Assembly: GCA_964019425.1 (NCBI GenBank)
Contig: OZ025787.1
Location: forward strand, 1 to 64,000
Source of the DNA: Flectonema sp. DT1601
Lineage: Eukaryota
Reading direction: 5' to 3'
Length of the DNA: 64,000 nt
Positions 10,085-20,781 of this stretch are shown here, in pieces. The position numbers and the translations under genes are program-made. The first letter of the stretch is position 1. Every line of letters begins with the position of its first letter. Under the pieces are notes generated by a model. The model had not been told where the DNA came from. It did no database searches and worked only from the letters and a program-made list of their open reading frames with translations.

Positions 10085-11020
10085 GCCGGAAAGGAAAATT
10101 ACTCGAAAGTCGGGGCAGTTCGAACGTCAGCATTCACATCAGCAAGCAACCAGTCCTGAGTACTTAAAGAACCCAACCATTACGTGTATCAGCCACAGTC
10201 ACACTTAGTATAGCGTTAGTACAGAGGACACGGATCTGCTATGCAGGGAAGTGACTTGAACTCGTTCAACTAATTAATGTGTGTAGATATAAGCGCCGCG
10301 AATTGACGGGTCTGAAGTTATGCTTTCCGAAGAGAGCAACCACCCACGCGAGTGTTATTTTGACGCTATAACCTGTGACTTTCAACACGTAACAACCAGG
10401 GATAATTCTCAGTAAGGCCGCCGTCACCGTGAAGCTGCTACGAATATAACCCAACAAACTAGCAATTCCTCCAACCTTTTTCGTCAGTCGGGATTGTTAC
10501 ACGCCGGAAAAGGAAACTACTCGAAAGTCGGGGCAGTTCGAACGTCAGCATTCACATTAGCAAGCAACCAGTCTTGAGAACCCAACCATTACGTGCATCA
10601 GCCACAGTTAACCTGTAACTTTCAACATGTAACAACCAGGGATAATTCTCAATAAGGCCGCCGTCACCGTGAAGCTGCTACGAATAACAGTTCGAACGTC
10701 AGCATCCACATTAGCAAGCAACCAGTCTTGAGAACCCAACCATTACGTGCATCAGCCACAGTTAACCTGTAACTTTCAACATGTAACAACCAGGGATAAT
10801 TCTCAATAAGGCCGCCGTCACCGTGAAGCTGCTACGAATAACAGTTCGAACGTCAGCATTCACATTAGCAAGCAACCAGTCTTGAGAACCCAACCATTAC
10901 GTGCATCAGCCACAGTTAACCTGCAACTTTCAACATGTAACAACTAGGGATAATTCTCAATAAGGCCGCCGTCACCGTGAAGCTGCTACGAACATGACCC
11001 AACAAACTAGCAATTCCACT
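10085..11020. repeat. Internal duplication with three tandem 154-bp units
   Basis: CAGTTCGAACGTCAGCA recurs at ~10116, 10534, 10688 and 10842. The period is 154 for the last three. The first copy is longer because of an extra internal block. Confidence 0.92.
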
Positions 11021-12533
11021 CACTTCGAACACACTCAGCCAGAGAGCTTGCCAACAGAACAGAACGCAAGGTTACTTTCGGGTCCAATCTTCGCCGTGAG
11101 CCTGGTGTCTTGTGCTGGGCTGGGTTTCCAGAGGGCCTCACCATGCACACAAACTCCTGGATGGGACGATCGAGGGAATCAACCAAGCCGAGAACTGAAC
11201 CGGAAGGATAGGCTTACAAGACTAACCTGAAGTAAACTTCAGAGCTTCGCTTTCCAGCATGCCGAAACAGAGCCATGGAAGGGGATTACACAACAACCTC
11301 ATTAAACCCACTGGCCACCCCGTGCATAGTCGCCGCCAATGGTTATTACTATCCAAAGCGCTAACACGAGGCACCACACATTCGTAAGAAGGGAGTCCTA
11401 CCGGAACGGACCACGCATCTGATTCTACTGGTTAAAGCAACTCCGAAAGAATGTATTCTCCATGATTTCAGACATGTAACTTTTGGATATCATGCTCCTG
11501 TCTAATTGTTCCCACATAAGCTTTTGTCTTGAGAGATTGAAAATAAAGTTTGTAGTAATAGCCTAAAGAGAGGAGAAAGTTTTTATTTTAAAATTGCGAG
11601 AAAAAAATGATGTCAAGTCAAATTGACCAGGTATGTCTCTGACAATCTTGACTGTCAGCGGCAGCGTAGTAAATGACTGCAGATAAATAAATACCACGTG
11701 AACATAGTTGAGCACCACTTGCTTATGTAACCGCAACGGTTTTTTATAAAACCCATGAGTATTTAATTAATAATTATATTGTCTTGAAAACTTGAAGGGG
11801 GTTAACTATTGGATTTTGTACGTAAAATACAAGACGAACGCCTGCTTTGGACACGCTGGTTTGTTCACAGTAACTTCGGTGGTCTTACCCACCAATTGAT
11901 ACTCACTGACAGATTTAAGTATCATCCATTGCAATCTTCACTTGAAGTTACGATTCCTCTCAGCTGCATACACATCTCTTTTTTCCGTGTTGTCATTCAG
12001 TGCAGTACGGAATCGAGTTATTCAACTGTGAATTAATCACCAAGACGAACACCAGGAAGGGGGGCGTTTGAGTTTGATTTGTAAAATACAACTATATCAT
12101 CATAACGATATTTAACATCATAAGGATACCGCTAGCTACCATGCTGGTAACTGACCAACTCAGTCAACTCACTAATCTTTGGCCACCGTTCCGACTTTCT
12201 TTCCTTTCACACCGACAGTCCTCTAACGGACTAATCACGTATCGAAAAAAACAGCGAAGGTCGAGCAACTTAATACCTCGTGCCGAAATTCTTGTGAGGA
12301 ACTATTCTCAAGAATTTTTGCTGAAAAAAAAATTTCCAAAAAAAAATTCCTCACAATAATAATTCCTTACCAGATCAAAGGAAACCCCCAGTAAAAATTT
12401 TTCCTTGATCAGGAATAATTTTTGTGGGAGAAGAATCTTGTGAAATAACGGTTCTTGAGGAGAAATTCCTTGCAAGGATAATTCCTGCAATAAAAATATA
12501 GGAAAGAAAATAAAAAAAAAAACTTTTTTAAGT

Positions 12534-12615
12534 GACGCTGGTTGTCCACTGGTATGATTGTGGATTTGCATTCGCTAGGCTGCAGGTTCGAGTCCTGGTG
12601 GAGGATTTTTTTTTT
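12534..12615 (+). pseudogene. tRNA-derived sequence (pseudo-tRNA or SINE head; possibly Cys-like)
   Basis: A-box-like TGGTTGTCCACTGG, B box GGTTCGAGTCC (12585-12595) in a CAGG/CCTG T-arm, and a T-run terminator. The anticodon loop is only 6 nt (TTTGCA) and the acceptor stem is poor. Confidence 0.6.
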
Positions 12616-13085
12616 AATTAAAAACCATTAAAAGCCCTTTATTTTTATTTTTCCAAATTAAAGGGGAATTAAATCCCCTTTAATTTTAAAATAAAGGGCC
12701 CTTTAATTCATTAAATCCCCTTTAATTCCCCTTTATTTCATTAAATTGGAAAATAAAGGGGAATTAATTAAAAGCCCTTTAATATTAAAAGCCCTTTATT
12801 TCCGCTTTAATTTTTAATTCCCCTTTAAAGGGGTACAAGTATGATAATTATAAAATAAAAAAAAAAACATTACACAAACAAACATCACAGAGGATACCGT
12901 ATCTCTTGTTGTATTGTGAGACAGATTCTCACTAACAAGAGACTTCGGAACTGCTCAATTTGTACATCAAAATGCATCTCCGTAATTGGGACCCCAGCAG
13001 CTTCGAGATATTCCCCTTTGTCGGGAAATCAATAAAGTGCTCCACCACCGTTGGGGTCCTTTCAACCAAGGGATTCAATCATAAA

Positions 13086-13193
13086 CAATACTTGTACCCC
13101 TTTGTGAAGGGGAAAAATAAAAGGACCTTTATTTCTAAAGCAGATTTTCATTTCCTCCTTTGTGTTGGAATTCCCAAAGGGATAACAAGTATG
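13086..13193. mobile_element. ~108-bp MITE related to the 9830-12844 element
   Basis: Ends ATACTTGTACCCCTTT... and ...AAAGGGATAACAAGTATG resemble the same TIR. Flanked by a direct CATAAA repeat (13080-13085, 13194-13199). Confidence 0.7.
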
Positions 13194-13366
13194 CATAAAT
13201 CACAATATAAATAAATCGCAGTTGTTGACATTACAAGTCAAAAAAGTTAGGAACAGAAGTGAGGGAGATAATATATTATTGACGTTTAACTTTTTCAGTA
13301 AAGTTAAAAAAGTTAAACTAATTACAACGAGAGAGAAAGAGAGAGAGATAGAGGACGAGATGTTAT

Positions 13367-14494
13367 CTACTTTCTCGTAGAGTGATTGTAACGTTCCGGA
13401 GTTGTGTATCCTTCAGCACCGTAGATTGGAAGCCACCAGAGTCCCTGTTCAGAGAGAGGAGACAATTCGTACCCGTTTTCGAAACGCTCAACCAAGTCGG
13501 GGTTCGTGATGAACGGCCTCCCGAACGCAATCATGTCGGCAACACCCGATGACACAGCCTCGTCAGCAGTCTCCTTCGTATAGTCGGTGTTCCCCATCAG
13601 CTTCGTGTTGCTTCCCTCCAACAAGACCTTCGCATCCTTCAGCGTGTGCGGTTCACCCAACTCATGGAATCCAAACCCGAGGCCGTCCAACACACACACG
13701 TAGGCGATGTTCTTCTCACCAATCGCCTTGATCGTGTGATCGAATTGCTCGCGGAAATCAGGAGATCCAACGTCTCCGAACACACCGTTCGGGGAAACTC
13801 GGATCCCAACACGTTCCTTCGGAAACACTTCCAACACAGAGTCGATCACTTCCATCACAATCCGATTGCTGTTTTCAACAGATCCGCCGTACATGTCGGT
13901 ACGCTTGTTTACCTTGCTCTGTAAAAACTGATCCAAAAGGTATCCATTCGCACCGTGGAGTTCTACCCCGTCGAATCCCGCAGCCTTCGCATTGGCAGCA
14001 GCGCGGCCAAAGTCTTTCACGGTTTCCGCGATCTCCTCGATTTCTAACGCCCGCGGGGTTTCATACGGCTTCGATCCCTTTTTGGTGTGTGCCATGCTCT
14101 CCGCTCCCATCGGAGTCGCAGAGGCACCGACTGGCGTCTGTCCGTGGAAGTCGCTGTGCGTCTGCCTTCCCATGTGCCATAACTGGCAGAAGATCTTCCC
14201 ACCAGCCTCGTGAACCGAGTCTACAACCTTCTTCCATCCCTCCACCTGAGCATCCGTGTAGATACCTGGCGCCCCGACCCACCCGTCCGCAATCCGTGAA
14301 ATATGAACCCCTTCCGTGATGATGAGCCCCGCAGAGGCTCTCTGCGTGTAGTACTCGACGTTCAGGTCATTCGGAACCTTTCCCTCGTTGCCGGTACGGG
14401 ATCTGGTGAGTGCGGACATCACGACTCTGTTTTTGAGTTCCATCTCTCCCAAAACAAACGGAGACAAGATTTCAATACTTCTGGTCGATGACAT
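13367..14494 (-). CDS. Old yellow enzyme / NADH:flavin oxidoreductase (12-oxophytodienoate reductase-like)
   Basis: LKNRVVMSALTRSR, QLWHMGR, GFDGVELHGANGYLLDQF, RTDMYGGS, FGRPFITNPDLV. Start placed at MSSTRS. Confidence 0.93.
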   Translation of the reverse strand: MSSTRSIEILSPFVLGEMELKNRVVMSALTRSRTGNEGKVPNDLNVEYYTQRASAGLIITEGVHISRIADGWVGAPGIYTDAQVEGWKKVVDSVHEAGGKIFCQLWHMGRQTHSDFHGQTPVGASATPMGAESMAHTKKGSKPYETPRALEIEEIAETVKDFGRAAANAKAAGFDGVELHGANGYLLDQFLQSKVNKRTDMYGGSVENSNRIVMEVIDSVLEVFPKERVGIRVSPNGVFGDVGSPDFREQFDHTIKAIGEKNIAYVCVLDGLGFGFHELGEPHTLKDAKVLLEGSNTKLMGNTDYTKETADEAVSSGVADMIAFGRPFITNPDLVERFENGYELSPLSEQGLWWLPIYGAEGYTTPERYNHSTRK

Positions 14495-14841
14495 TATGTG
14501 TGTGTGTTGTGTGTTGTGGAGTTTCGAGAAATCGAACTGTGTGGAGGAATTTAGAATTACCAATCGCCTAACGGATGTCGTATTGTTGTAAAAGACGGTG
14601 ATGTCGTTGATATTTAAGCTTCTTTAATCAGACAGCCGATGTTTCTCATACACGAGAGTAGCCGTTTTTTGAAGACAATGCTGAGTTTGGTTGGTCGGAA
14701 TTAGATGAATCCTTGTTGTTGACATGAAATCAAGTTTAGCTGATGTAAAAAATAGAATGAACTTTTACCAAATATTTTAACTAAACACAAATACTAAATC
14801 AGACAGTAGTTGCATATAAATGCCGAAAGGATTTTTCACAT

Positions 14842-16416
14842 CTATTTTTGCTCATTGTTGAAGCTTCCTTCCAGGAGCCATTTTACATCTTTCCGTTCAA
14901 GAACATGTTTTTCAGCCTCGGGCAGCAACCTTGGTAATTCAGAGAGGAATTTGGAGCGTTTCTGAGTATACAACTCACCCATGGCCCACTTGAAACATGT
15001 GAAATCAGATGGTGACTTAAACCCAACCTCATTAAATTGGGTTCTCAAAGGTAGAGCAATCCGTTGGGAAACTAACGAAGCAAATACCCTCATGGGCACA
15101 AATTTGAAAATGCAATCGAAATCAATGTAAACTTTAAAAGCAGAAAACGGACAATCTGCTGGTGTTCTTCCTTCAGCAATATCTTCATCAATTCTTTTCT
15201 CAAGACGAAGTACCAACAAAAAAATATAAAAACGTCGCTCATCTAGTTCCTCATCACCCATTGGCTGGTGGCCATACACATGCCAGCTGCGAAAGTCAGC
15301 CTGAAATCGGAATAAGAGGTGGGCGTCCAGTCTCCTAAAAACTAGGCCTTCATCATGCACTTTCCCATCTTGTAGCGCAATTATTGGATCTCCTGGAATG
15401 CACACCATTGGTTTCTCATTTCCTTCTGCATAATGAGGACAAATCACTTCGGAAGTAATGAAATTAACATCCTCATCGAGAAACCTGCAGGCTGCGTTAA
15501 TGTCACCCAATTTAGGCCCCGTTCTGGAAACCAGTTTTATAATGAAGTCTCCTTCAAGGGAACGAAGTCGATTGCGTGCATATGAAATGCCTTCCTTAAT
15601 AGATGCGCCTGCTAATACTATTACTTCCTGAGATGTTGATTGATTTGTACCAAAAAAGCGAAACGGTGTGGTTGTGACAATAACAATGTGCATCAAAGCT
15701 TTTTGTTGACATGTTGCTGCCCAGCCTTGAATCGCTGCTGCTACATCATTTTCTAAACCATCCACGTGATCGAGAATAAGAATAGCAGCATCTTCTTGAC
15801 AGGAATGAGAATAACTATAATTCTGCTGGTCCTCGCGTCCTTCCTGTCGTAAACTCTGTTTTACATCCATAGCTACCCCTTCATAAATTGAAGTAACTTC
15901 TTCCCAAGCATGATCTGCTGCCTCTTCAATTACTTCAGACAGCTTCAGGAATTTGTGCAACATCAAAGTTATAGTACCCATTTTTGCGCTTTCCTTTATA
16001 TTCAATTCTGTTCTCAATATATTGACGACATCGTCCAGTGTAGCGGCATTCAATAGAGAGATGTACATCACTCCGCGGCAGCTAGTTGCCAATTTTCTCA
16101 GAACAGTTGTGTTCCCACATCCTTTATTGACACACAAGAGGCTGTAAGTTGATAGCTGCGTAAACTTTTTCATCAAGTATCTCATCATGGCTTCCCGCTC
16201 CTCAGACAACGATGGTGGCTTATTCCAGAGAATCCTTTGAGAAAACATTGTTTCGCACATTGCTCGGCGCTGCACAGCTCTCATGACTGCATAATAAAGC
16301 GCGTCGCTTGCCATTGCAACACCAGTGACACCCAATCCAGTTGTTAATAAGTTTTCTGCCTTCTCTGAAAGAAGCGCCAGCACCCCTCTGAAATTTACCG
16401 TTGTTGACATGGCCAT
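14842..16416 (-). CDS. Hypothetical protein with degenerate P-loop NTPase-like region
   Basis: Long ORF with Walker-A-like VNKGCGNTT (lacks the Lys) and Walker-B-like ILILDHVD. Start uncertain (16416 or 16476). Confidence 0.6.
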   Translation of the reverse strand: MAMSTTVNFRGVLALLSEKAENLLTTGLGVTGVAMASDALYYAVMRAVQRRAMCETMFSQRILWNKPPSLSEEREAMMRYLMKKFTQLSTYSLLCVNKGCGNTTVLRKLATSCRGVMYISLLNAATLDDVVNILRTELNIKESAKMGTITLMLHKFLKLSEVIEEAADHAWEEVTSIYEGVAMDVKQSLRQEGREDQQNYSYSHSCQEDAAILILDHVDGLENDVAAAIQGWAATCQQKALMHIVIVTTTPFRFFGTNQSTSQEVIVLAGASIKEGISYARNRLRSLEGDFIIKLVSRTGPKLGDINAACRFLDEDVNFITSEVICPHYAEGNEKPMVCIPGDPIIALQDGKVHDEGLVFRRLDAHLLFRFQADFRSWHVYGHQPMGDEELDERRFYIFLLVLRLEKRIDEDIAEGRTPADCPFSAFKVYIDFDCIFKFVPMRVFASLVSQRIALPLRTQFNEVGFKSPSDFTCFKWAMGELYTQKRSKFLSELPRLLPEAEKHVLERKDVKWLLEGSFNNEQK

Positions 16417-16583
16417 GTTGTAGCTAGGTGGAGATTGGAAATACACGCTCTGATAAACAAATGAAGACAACCACATAGCTACGGCTATTACGTTAGATAC
16501 AAACACATCACAAATTAAACCTGAAATCGATAACTGAACGTACTTTACAGTTGTATTGCACAAGAAGATCTTCGTGTTGTTTT

Positions 16584-18125
16584 TCACTGGCTATAGGCCT
16601 CCACTAACTTACTGAGGTCCGCGCTATTTTTTGCATCATATTTCCGCCCAACCTTTATCATATTTTCAATAAATTGGGGAACTGCAGTGGCTGTTATCCA
16701 GTTCATTATTCTACTTGGAACCGTCATACGGGGATCGTCAAAATACAAACTGGTGTACAAACACCAGTCCGATCCTTTCGGAGAATTCTCTAACAAACAA
16801 TCGTTGTAGAAATCCAAGACTCGAACCGGATTGCGAGAGGGAGGGTAGTCGCAGTGGCTGCCAGATTTTGAAACTGAGTAAATCTTACCTCTATGGATTC
16901 TATGTTCGCGAAAAAAGACATAATCTCGATTACTGAAGAACCCAGGAAACTTAACTTTCCAGTATAGCGAGCAGTCTCTTACTCCATCATAACTGTCGAT
17001 GATATTCAAATCAAGGCAATACTCGTCCCACTTACTTCGGTACTGGACGTCATTATTTAACATAAACAATAAAGGAGCACTACAATGTAACTCTCCAAAA
17101 GTCAGGTATTCCATCAAACTCCCTTTAGCTTGCTTTCTGTGATATAAAGAGATTGTACTCCCACAAGAAAGAGTGTAGTCTCGAACTTTTTCCCAGTTCT
17201 CCTTTACCAAACCAGCTTCTCCAGATGCTCGCAGTGAAGCGAGGTGGGACAACTTGTCAAAATCGTCATCTGTGATACAGGGTCCTCTACTTTTATACTT
17301 TGTAACGGGTTCCGTGGACAATTCAGCTTCGGGCTCTGAAGGCGGAAGGCTATAGGTTTCACAAGTTTTAAGTTCTGCTTCTCTGTCAGGTGGTGAGATT
17401 CCGCGAAGCCTCGAGTTTGTAAGCGTCGGAAGTAATTCTGCGTGGGTCCCTTTACCGGTCGAGGCGGATTGACCCATTTCAGTCTGGTTAGTTTTGTTGC
17501 GGATGTCGTTACTGTTTATAATATTAATGTTGTTGTCATTATCAACTCGAAGACTTCTATCACTCCACCGCTCTGCATGTTGTTCCTTAGATCTTGATGA
17601 ACAATACGCAACAGTACTAAAGGTCATCATAACGATTGCGTACCCAATCAAAGCAACTGTTAAAAACACATTATCCTGTTGCGGTGTAGATGGTGAAGTT
17701 GTATGAAGCACGTCAAAATAAATTGAAGTTGAATTCGAAAGAGGCTTTCCGAATATAAATATTGGACTCGGTTGTGTTGCTGCTCGTCTTGTAGAAGGTT
17801 CCGACAGAGCAATCTTTCGTAGTGTTGATGCAGAATTTGGAATATCAGACTCTCCAATGCTGTAGTTAGTGAACGTTTCACTTGACTTGTAAACAACAAT
17901 TTCTAAACTTCCATTATTCCGTAATACTTCTCTGAATCTCTCTTCACTCATTGTATTGCTTTCTGTAATGGGAATCCCAGTTCCAGAGTACGTAATGCGA
18001 AATGGAGTTACTACTTTTCCATTCTTAGTTCCTGTTTCTCCATCTTCTACTGCGATTAGAATCACAAGTGTGATTGCTGCCGCCGACAACAAAACTGCGA
18101 AACAACTAATAGCTCGCAGGGCCAT
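16584..18125 (-). CDS. Membrane-anchored START-domain (PCTP/STARD7-like) lipid transfer protein
   Basis: N-terminal hydrophobic segment and a second TM. C-terminal DVQYRSKWD, YWKVKFPGFFSNRDYVF, YFDDP..VPS.IMNW. Confidence 0.85.
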   Translation of the reverse strand: MALRAISCFAVLLSAAAITLVILIAVEDGETGTKNGKVVTPFRITYSGTGIPITESNTMSEERFREVLRNNGSLEIVVYKSSETFTNYSIGESDIPNSASTLRKIALSEPSTRRAATQPSPIFIFGKPLSNSTSIYFDVLHTTSPSTPQQDNVFLTVALIGYAIVMMTFSTVAYCSSRSKEQHAERWSDRSLRVDNDNNINIINSNDIRNKTNQTEMGQSASTGKGTHAELLPTLTNSRLRGISPPDREAELKTCETYSLPPSEPEAELSTEPVTKYKSRGPCITDDDFDKLSHLASLRASGEAGLVKENWEKVRDYTLSCGSTISLYHRKQAKGSLMEYLTFGELHCSAPLLFMLNNDVQYRSKWDEYCLDLNIIDSYDGVRDCSLYWKVKFPGFFSNRDYVFFREHRIHRGKIYSVSKSGSHCDYPPSRNPVRVLDFYNDCLLENSPKGSDWCLYTSLYFDDPRMTVPSRIMNWITATAVPQFIENMIKVGRKYDAKNSADLSKLVEAYSQ

Positions 18126-18687
18126 ACCACAACCTGCTCAAAGTAAAGTTAACCAGCAAATAACAATTAATAATTATTATAAAAACTTTAAAAGGGCAGT
18201 GTCCAAAATACACCTCCTTTTTGCAAATTACACCGGAATAACTGAGATGGGCTAGGGAAGGAATAATTCAAAGCTAATCCTGTCTGCAGGAATGTACCAT
18301 AATCTTGGATTCTCGTTGCATATACAGTTTGATTTTGTACCGTAATTACGACTAACACGTGCAGGGGATACGAAAGGACAAGGGGGTAATCTGACACTGC
18401 ATGGAACAACAATTTCTCTTAGTACTCTCCTTTCAACATAATAATATATTTGATTGAATCTTTAGGCTACTTCACTGAGAATATTAAATAGTCGCAACTC
18501 CACTATCGAGTATCGGTTAGACAGACACGACAGGGTAGAACGGTTAACCACCTGTGAGTCCCCAATACTACATTATGTGAAACCTAATCCCCGAGAGGAT
18601 CACTTTTTTAGCTTTAGCGAGGAATTCTAATGTTCGAGAGATCCGAATACCTCAATGCTTCCAAATATTAGGTTAACTGCTAATCTC

Positions 18688-19482
18688 TTATTTACATAAG
18701 CAAAAACTGTCAGAATTAATGTGTGGACAATTACATAAGAAATAATACCCAGTAGATCTGACGTTAGAAAGAAGTGACAGATCGATAGTTTTAATTTCTT
18801 TGCAGTTACTAAGAAAGTAGTCACCGATTGCAGTCACATGTCTTAAAGGGGTGAGATCAAGCGACGTCAGCGAATAACAGCTGACGAGGAAGTAGCTACT
18901 AATTGTGCAGGTTTTTATCATGAATGATAAATCAATTGAAGCAAGCTCCCAACAATTATACAAAAAGTAGGTGCCAACAAATTCAATGTTTTCGAGAGGT
19001 GAAAAGTCAATTGTTTCCAGTTTCTTGTATCCACAAAGGAAATTGTTTCCCAGAGATGTCACATTGTCGCAGTTGCAGAATGAAACATGTTTCACACAAT
19101 CCGGCAGGAGATCTTCTTCAGTTTCAAAACAACCACCTGCTGAGGTCATCTCCTTAGCGTCGATGATACACATAACCTCTGGATTGGCTTCAAAGTACGA
19201 GTCTACCCGCGAACGGGTTTCTTGATTCAATAGCTGCTCTCTAGTCACAACATTCGGTCTTTGCATCACGGCAACAAGCTGAGTACCATCCTGAAAACCG
19301 AGAGACACCAGCTTGCTCTTTTCAGGAATTAAGTTCGCTTCGCAAGTTAATTGGAGAAAGGAAATATCCACTCCCCACTCTGATGCTGCTACCCTCAATG
19401 CATCTCCAGCAATAGATGTCTCACATGCGGTGAATATCACATCGCTGAAGCCGCTATCCGGAAAGCTGATGTTGATTTGCAT
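18688..19482 (-). CDS. Leucine-rich repeat protein with possible ubiquitin-like N-terminus
   Basis: Repeating LxxIDLSxLxxVxxIGxYFLxxC units. The N-terminal ~75 aa looks beta-grasp-like (inference). Confidence 0.8.
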   Translation of the reverse strand: MQINISFPDSGFSDVIFTACETSIAGDALRVAASEWGVDISFLQLTCEANLIPEKSKLVSLGFQDGTQLVAVMQRPNVVTREQLLNQETRSRVDSYFEANPEVMCIIDAKEMTSAGGCFETEEDLLPDCVKHVSFCNCDNVTSLGNNFLCGYKKLETIDFSPLENIEFVGTYFLYNCWELASIDLSFMIKTCTISSYFLVSCYSLTSLDLTPLRHVTAIGDYFLSNCKEIKTIDLSLLSNVRSTGYYFLCNCPHINSDSFCLCK

Positions 19483-20499
19483 GCTGTGAATATAAATAGA
19501 TGATTTTGAGTCAAATCCTAAATCTTACTTCGCGGTGTGGATTGTAAAATCACATCCCAGCAACCTGATATTGGTAAGCACCTGTTATGAAATAGGTTAT
19601 TATTGATTAACAAACCCACTGGATTTCGTACTGCAAAAAATCAACGGCAAGGATCTGGGGAAGGGTGGAACAGGAATCAAATTGTAAACTTTAAAATATG
19701 AAACTGAAAAATAAACAGAGGTGGTGGTGTTACCAAACCATTTCTCCCTCCTTTTTGAGAACTATGAAACTGCGGTGACAGTGGCGCCCTAAGAGAGAGC
19801 TAACAAAGATCTTACCAAACATTACATCAGTTGATCAAAGTGATCTCAAGAACATCCTTCCGTAGTTTAACTAACCGAGTCAACTCATTCTGATCCTCAG
19901 AGTAATCTGTGAATCGTCGTCAAAATAAAACAAAGAAAACAATTCCCCATCACTCAAATATATAATAAAATAATGACCATTTCGGCCGAAGTTGGCCAAC
20001 TCAAAAGGTTTCCAAAGCAGAAATAAGAATTGATTCACACCAACTAATAACATAAAATAAGAAAATATCAAACGTAACTGACCTTAAAAAACGTACTGGG
20101 GTGCGATAGAGAGAACAAAGAAACAAAATAAACAACACCACGAGGATATAATTTCCGACTTGTACGTGGGCAGAAAAGATCGCACAAAGATAAAGACGTA
20201 AAAAGACACCCTACTTCTAGGTGAAAATGAAGAACTAAAGGAAGTGACCTAATGATTTACTCTTTCGATTATGTTGAAAGACATTCAAATGGAGAATTCC
20301 AATTAGTGCGAACATCCAAAAGATATCACCCCGCCTGTCATACTTTACAAAGCAACTTCAAATACGGCTGCTAGCATTGCAAAAAAAAAAAAAAAAGCGA
20401 CCCGCATTCCTTTCGGAATCAATAATCGCAGCAAATCAGTACGACCGTTCAATAAAAACATCAACTTAACTAGTTAGAACTACAGAACAGAGATTTGCC

Positions 20500-20532
<33 letters not shown>

Positions 20533-20781
20533 GAAATTTAATTAAATATGCTTACAGCGCACAATCAGCTAATAATTGCTTGTTTGTCCAACGTGGGCGG
20601 TTGACAAAGGACTCGATTAGTATCTTCAACTTTCAAAATTCCTTTGAAACCTACCGAGTGCTGTATCGAATTATCAACACGGTGACATTCTCAAGTTATC
20701 CTTAAAGTGAGTAGAACTTTAAAGAATTGCTAATTTTCAAGTATTTACTACAATATGATGACGTCCTTCACCTTCAGCGTC

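Larger units (their letters stand above)
9830..12844. mobile_element. Non-autonomous foldback/TIR DNA element (~3.0 kb)
   Basis: Perfect 25-bp TIR TCATACTTGTACCCCTTTAAAGGGG at 9830-9854 and 12820-12844. About 200 bp of subterminal AAATAAAGGGG/CCCCTTTA(A/T) motifs at each end. No transposase ORF; TSD unclear. Confidence 0.85.

Noticed and set aside
9346..11020. Possible CRISPR-like arrays
   Set aside because: The units are head-to-tail with no unique spacers, the context is eukaryotic, and there are no cas genes.
12534..12604. Functional tRNA gene
   Set aside because: The acceptor stem does not pair and the anticodon loop is 6 nt.
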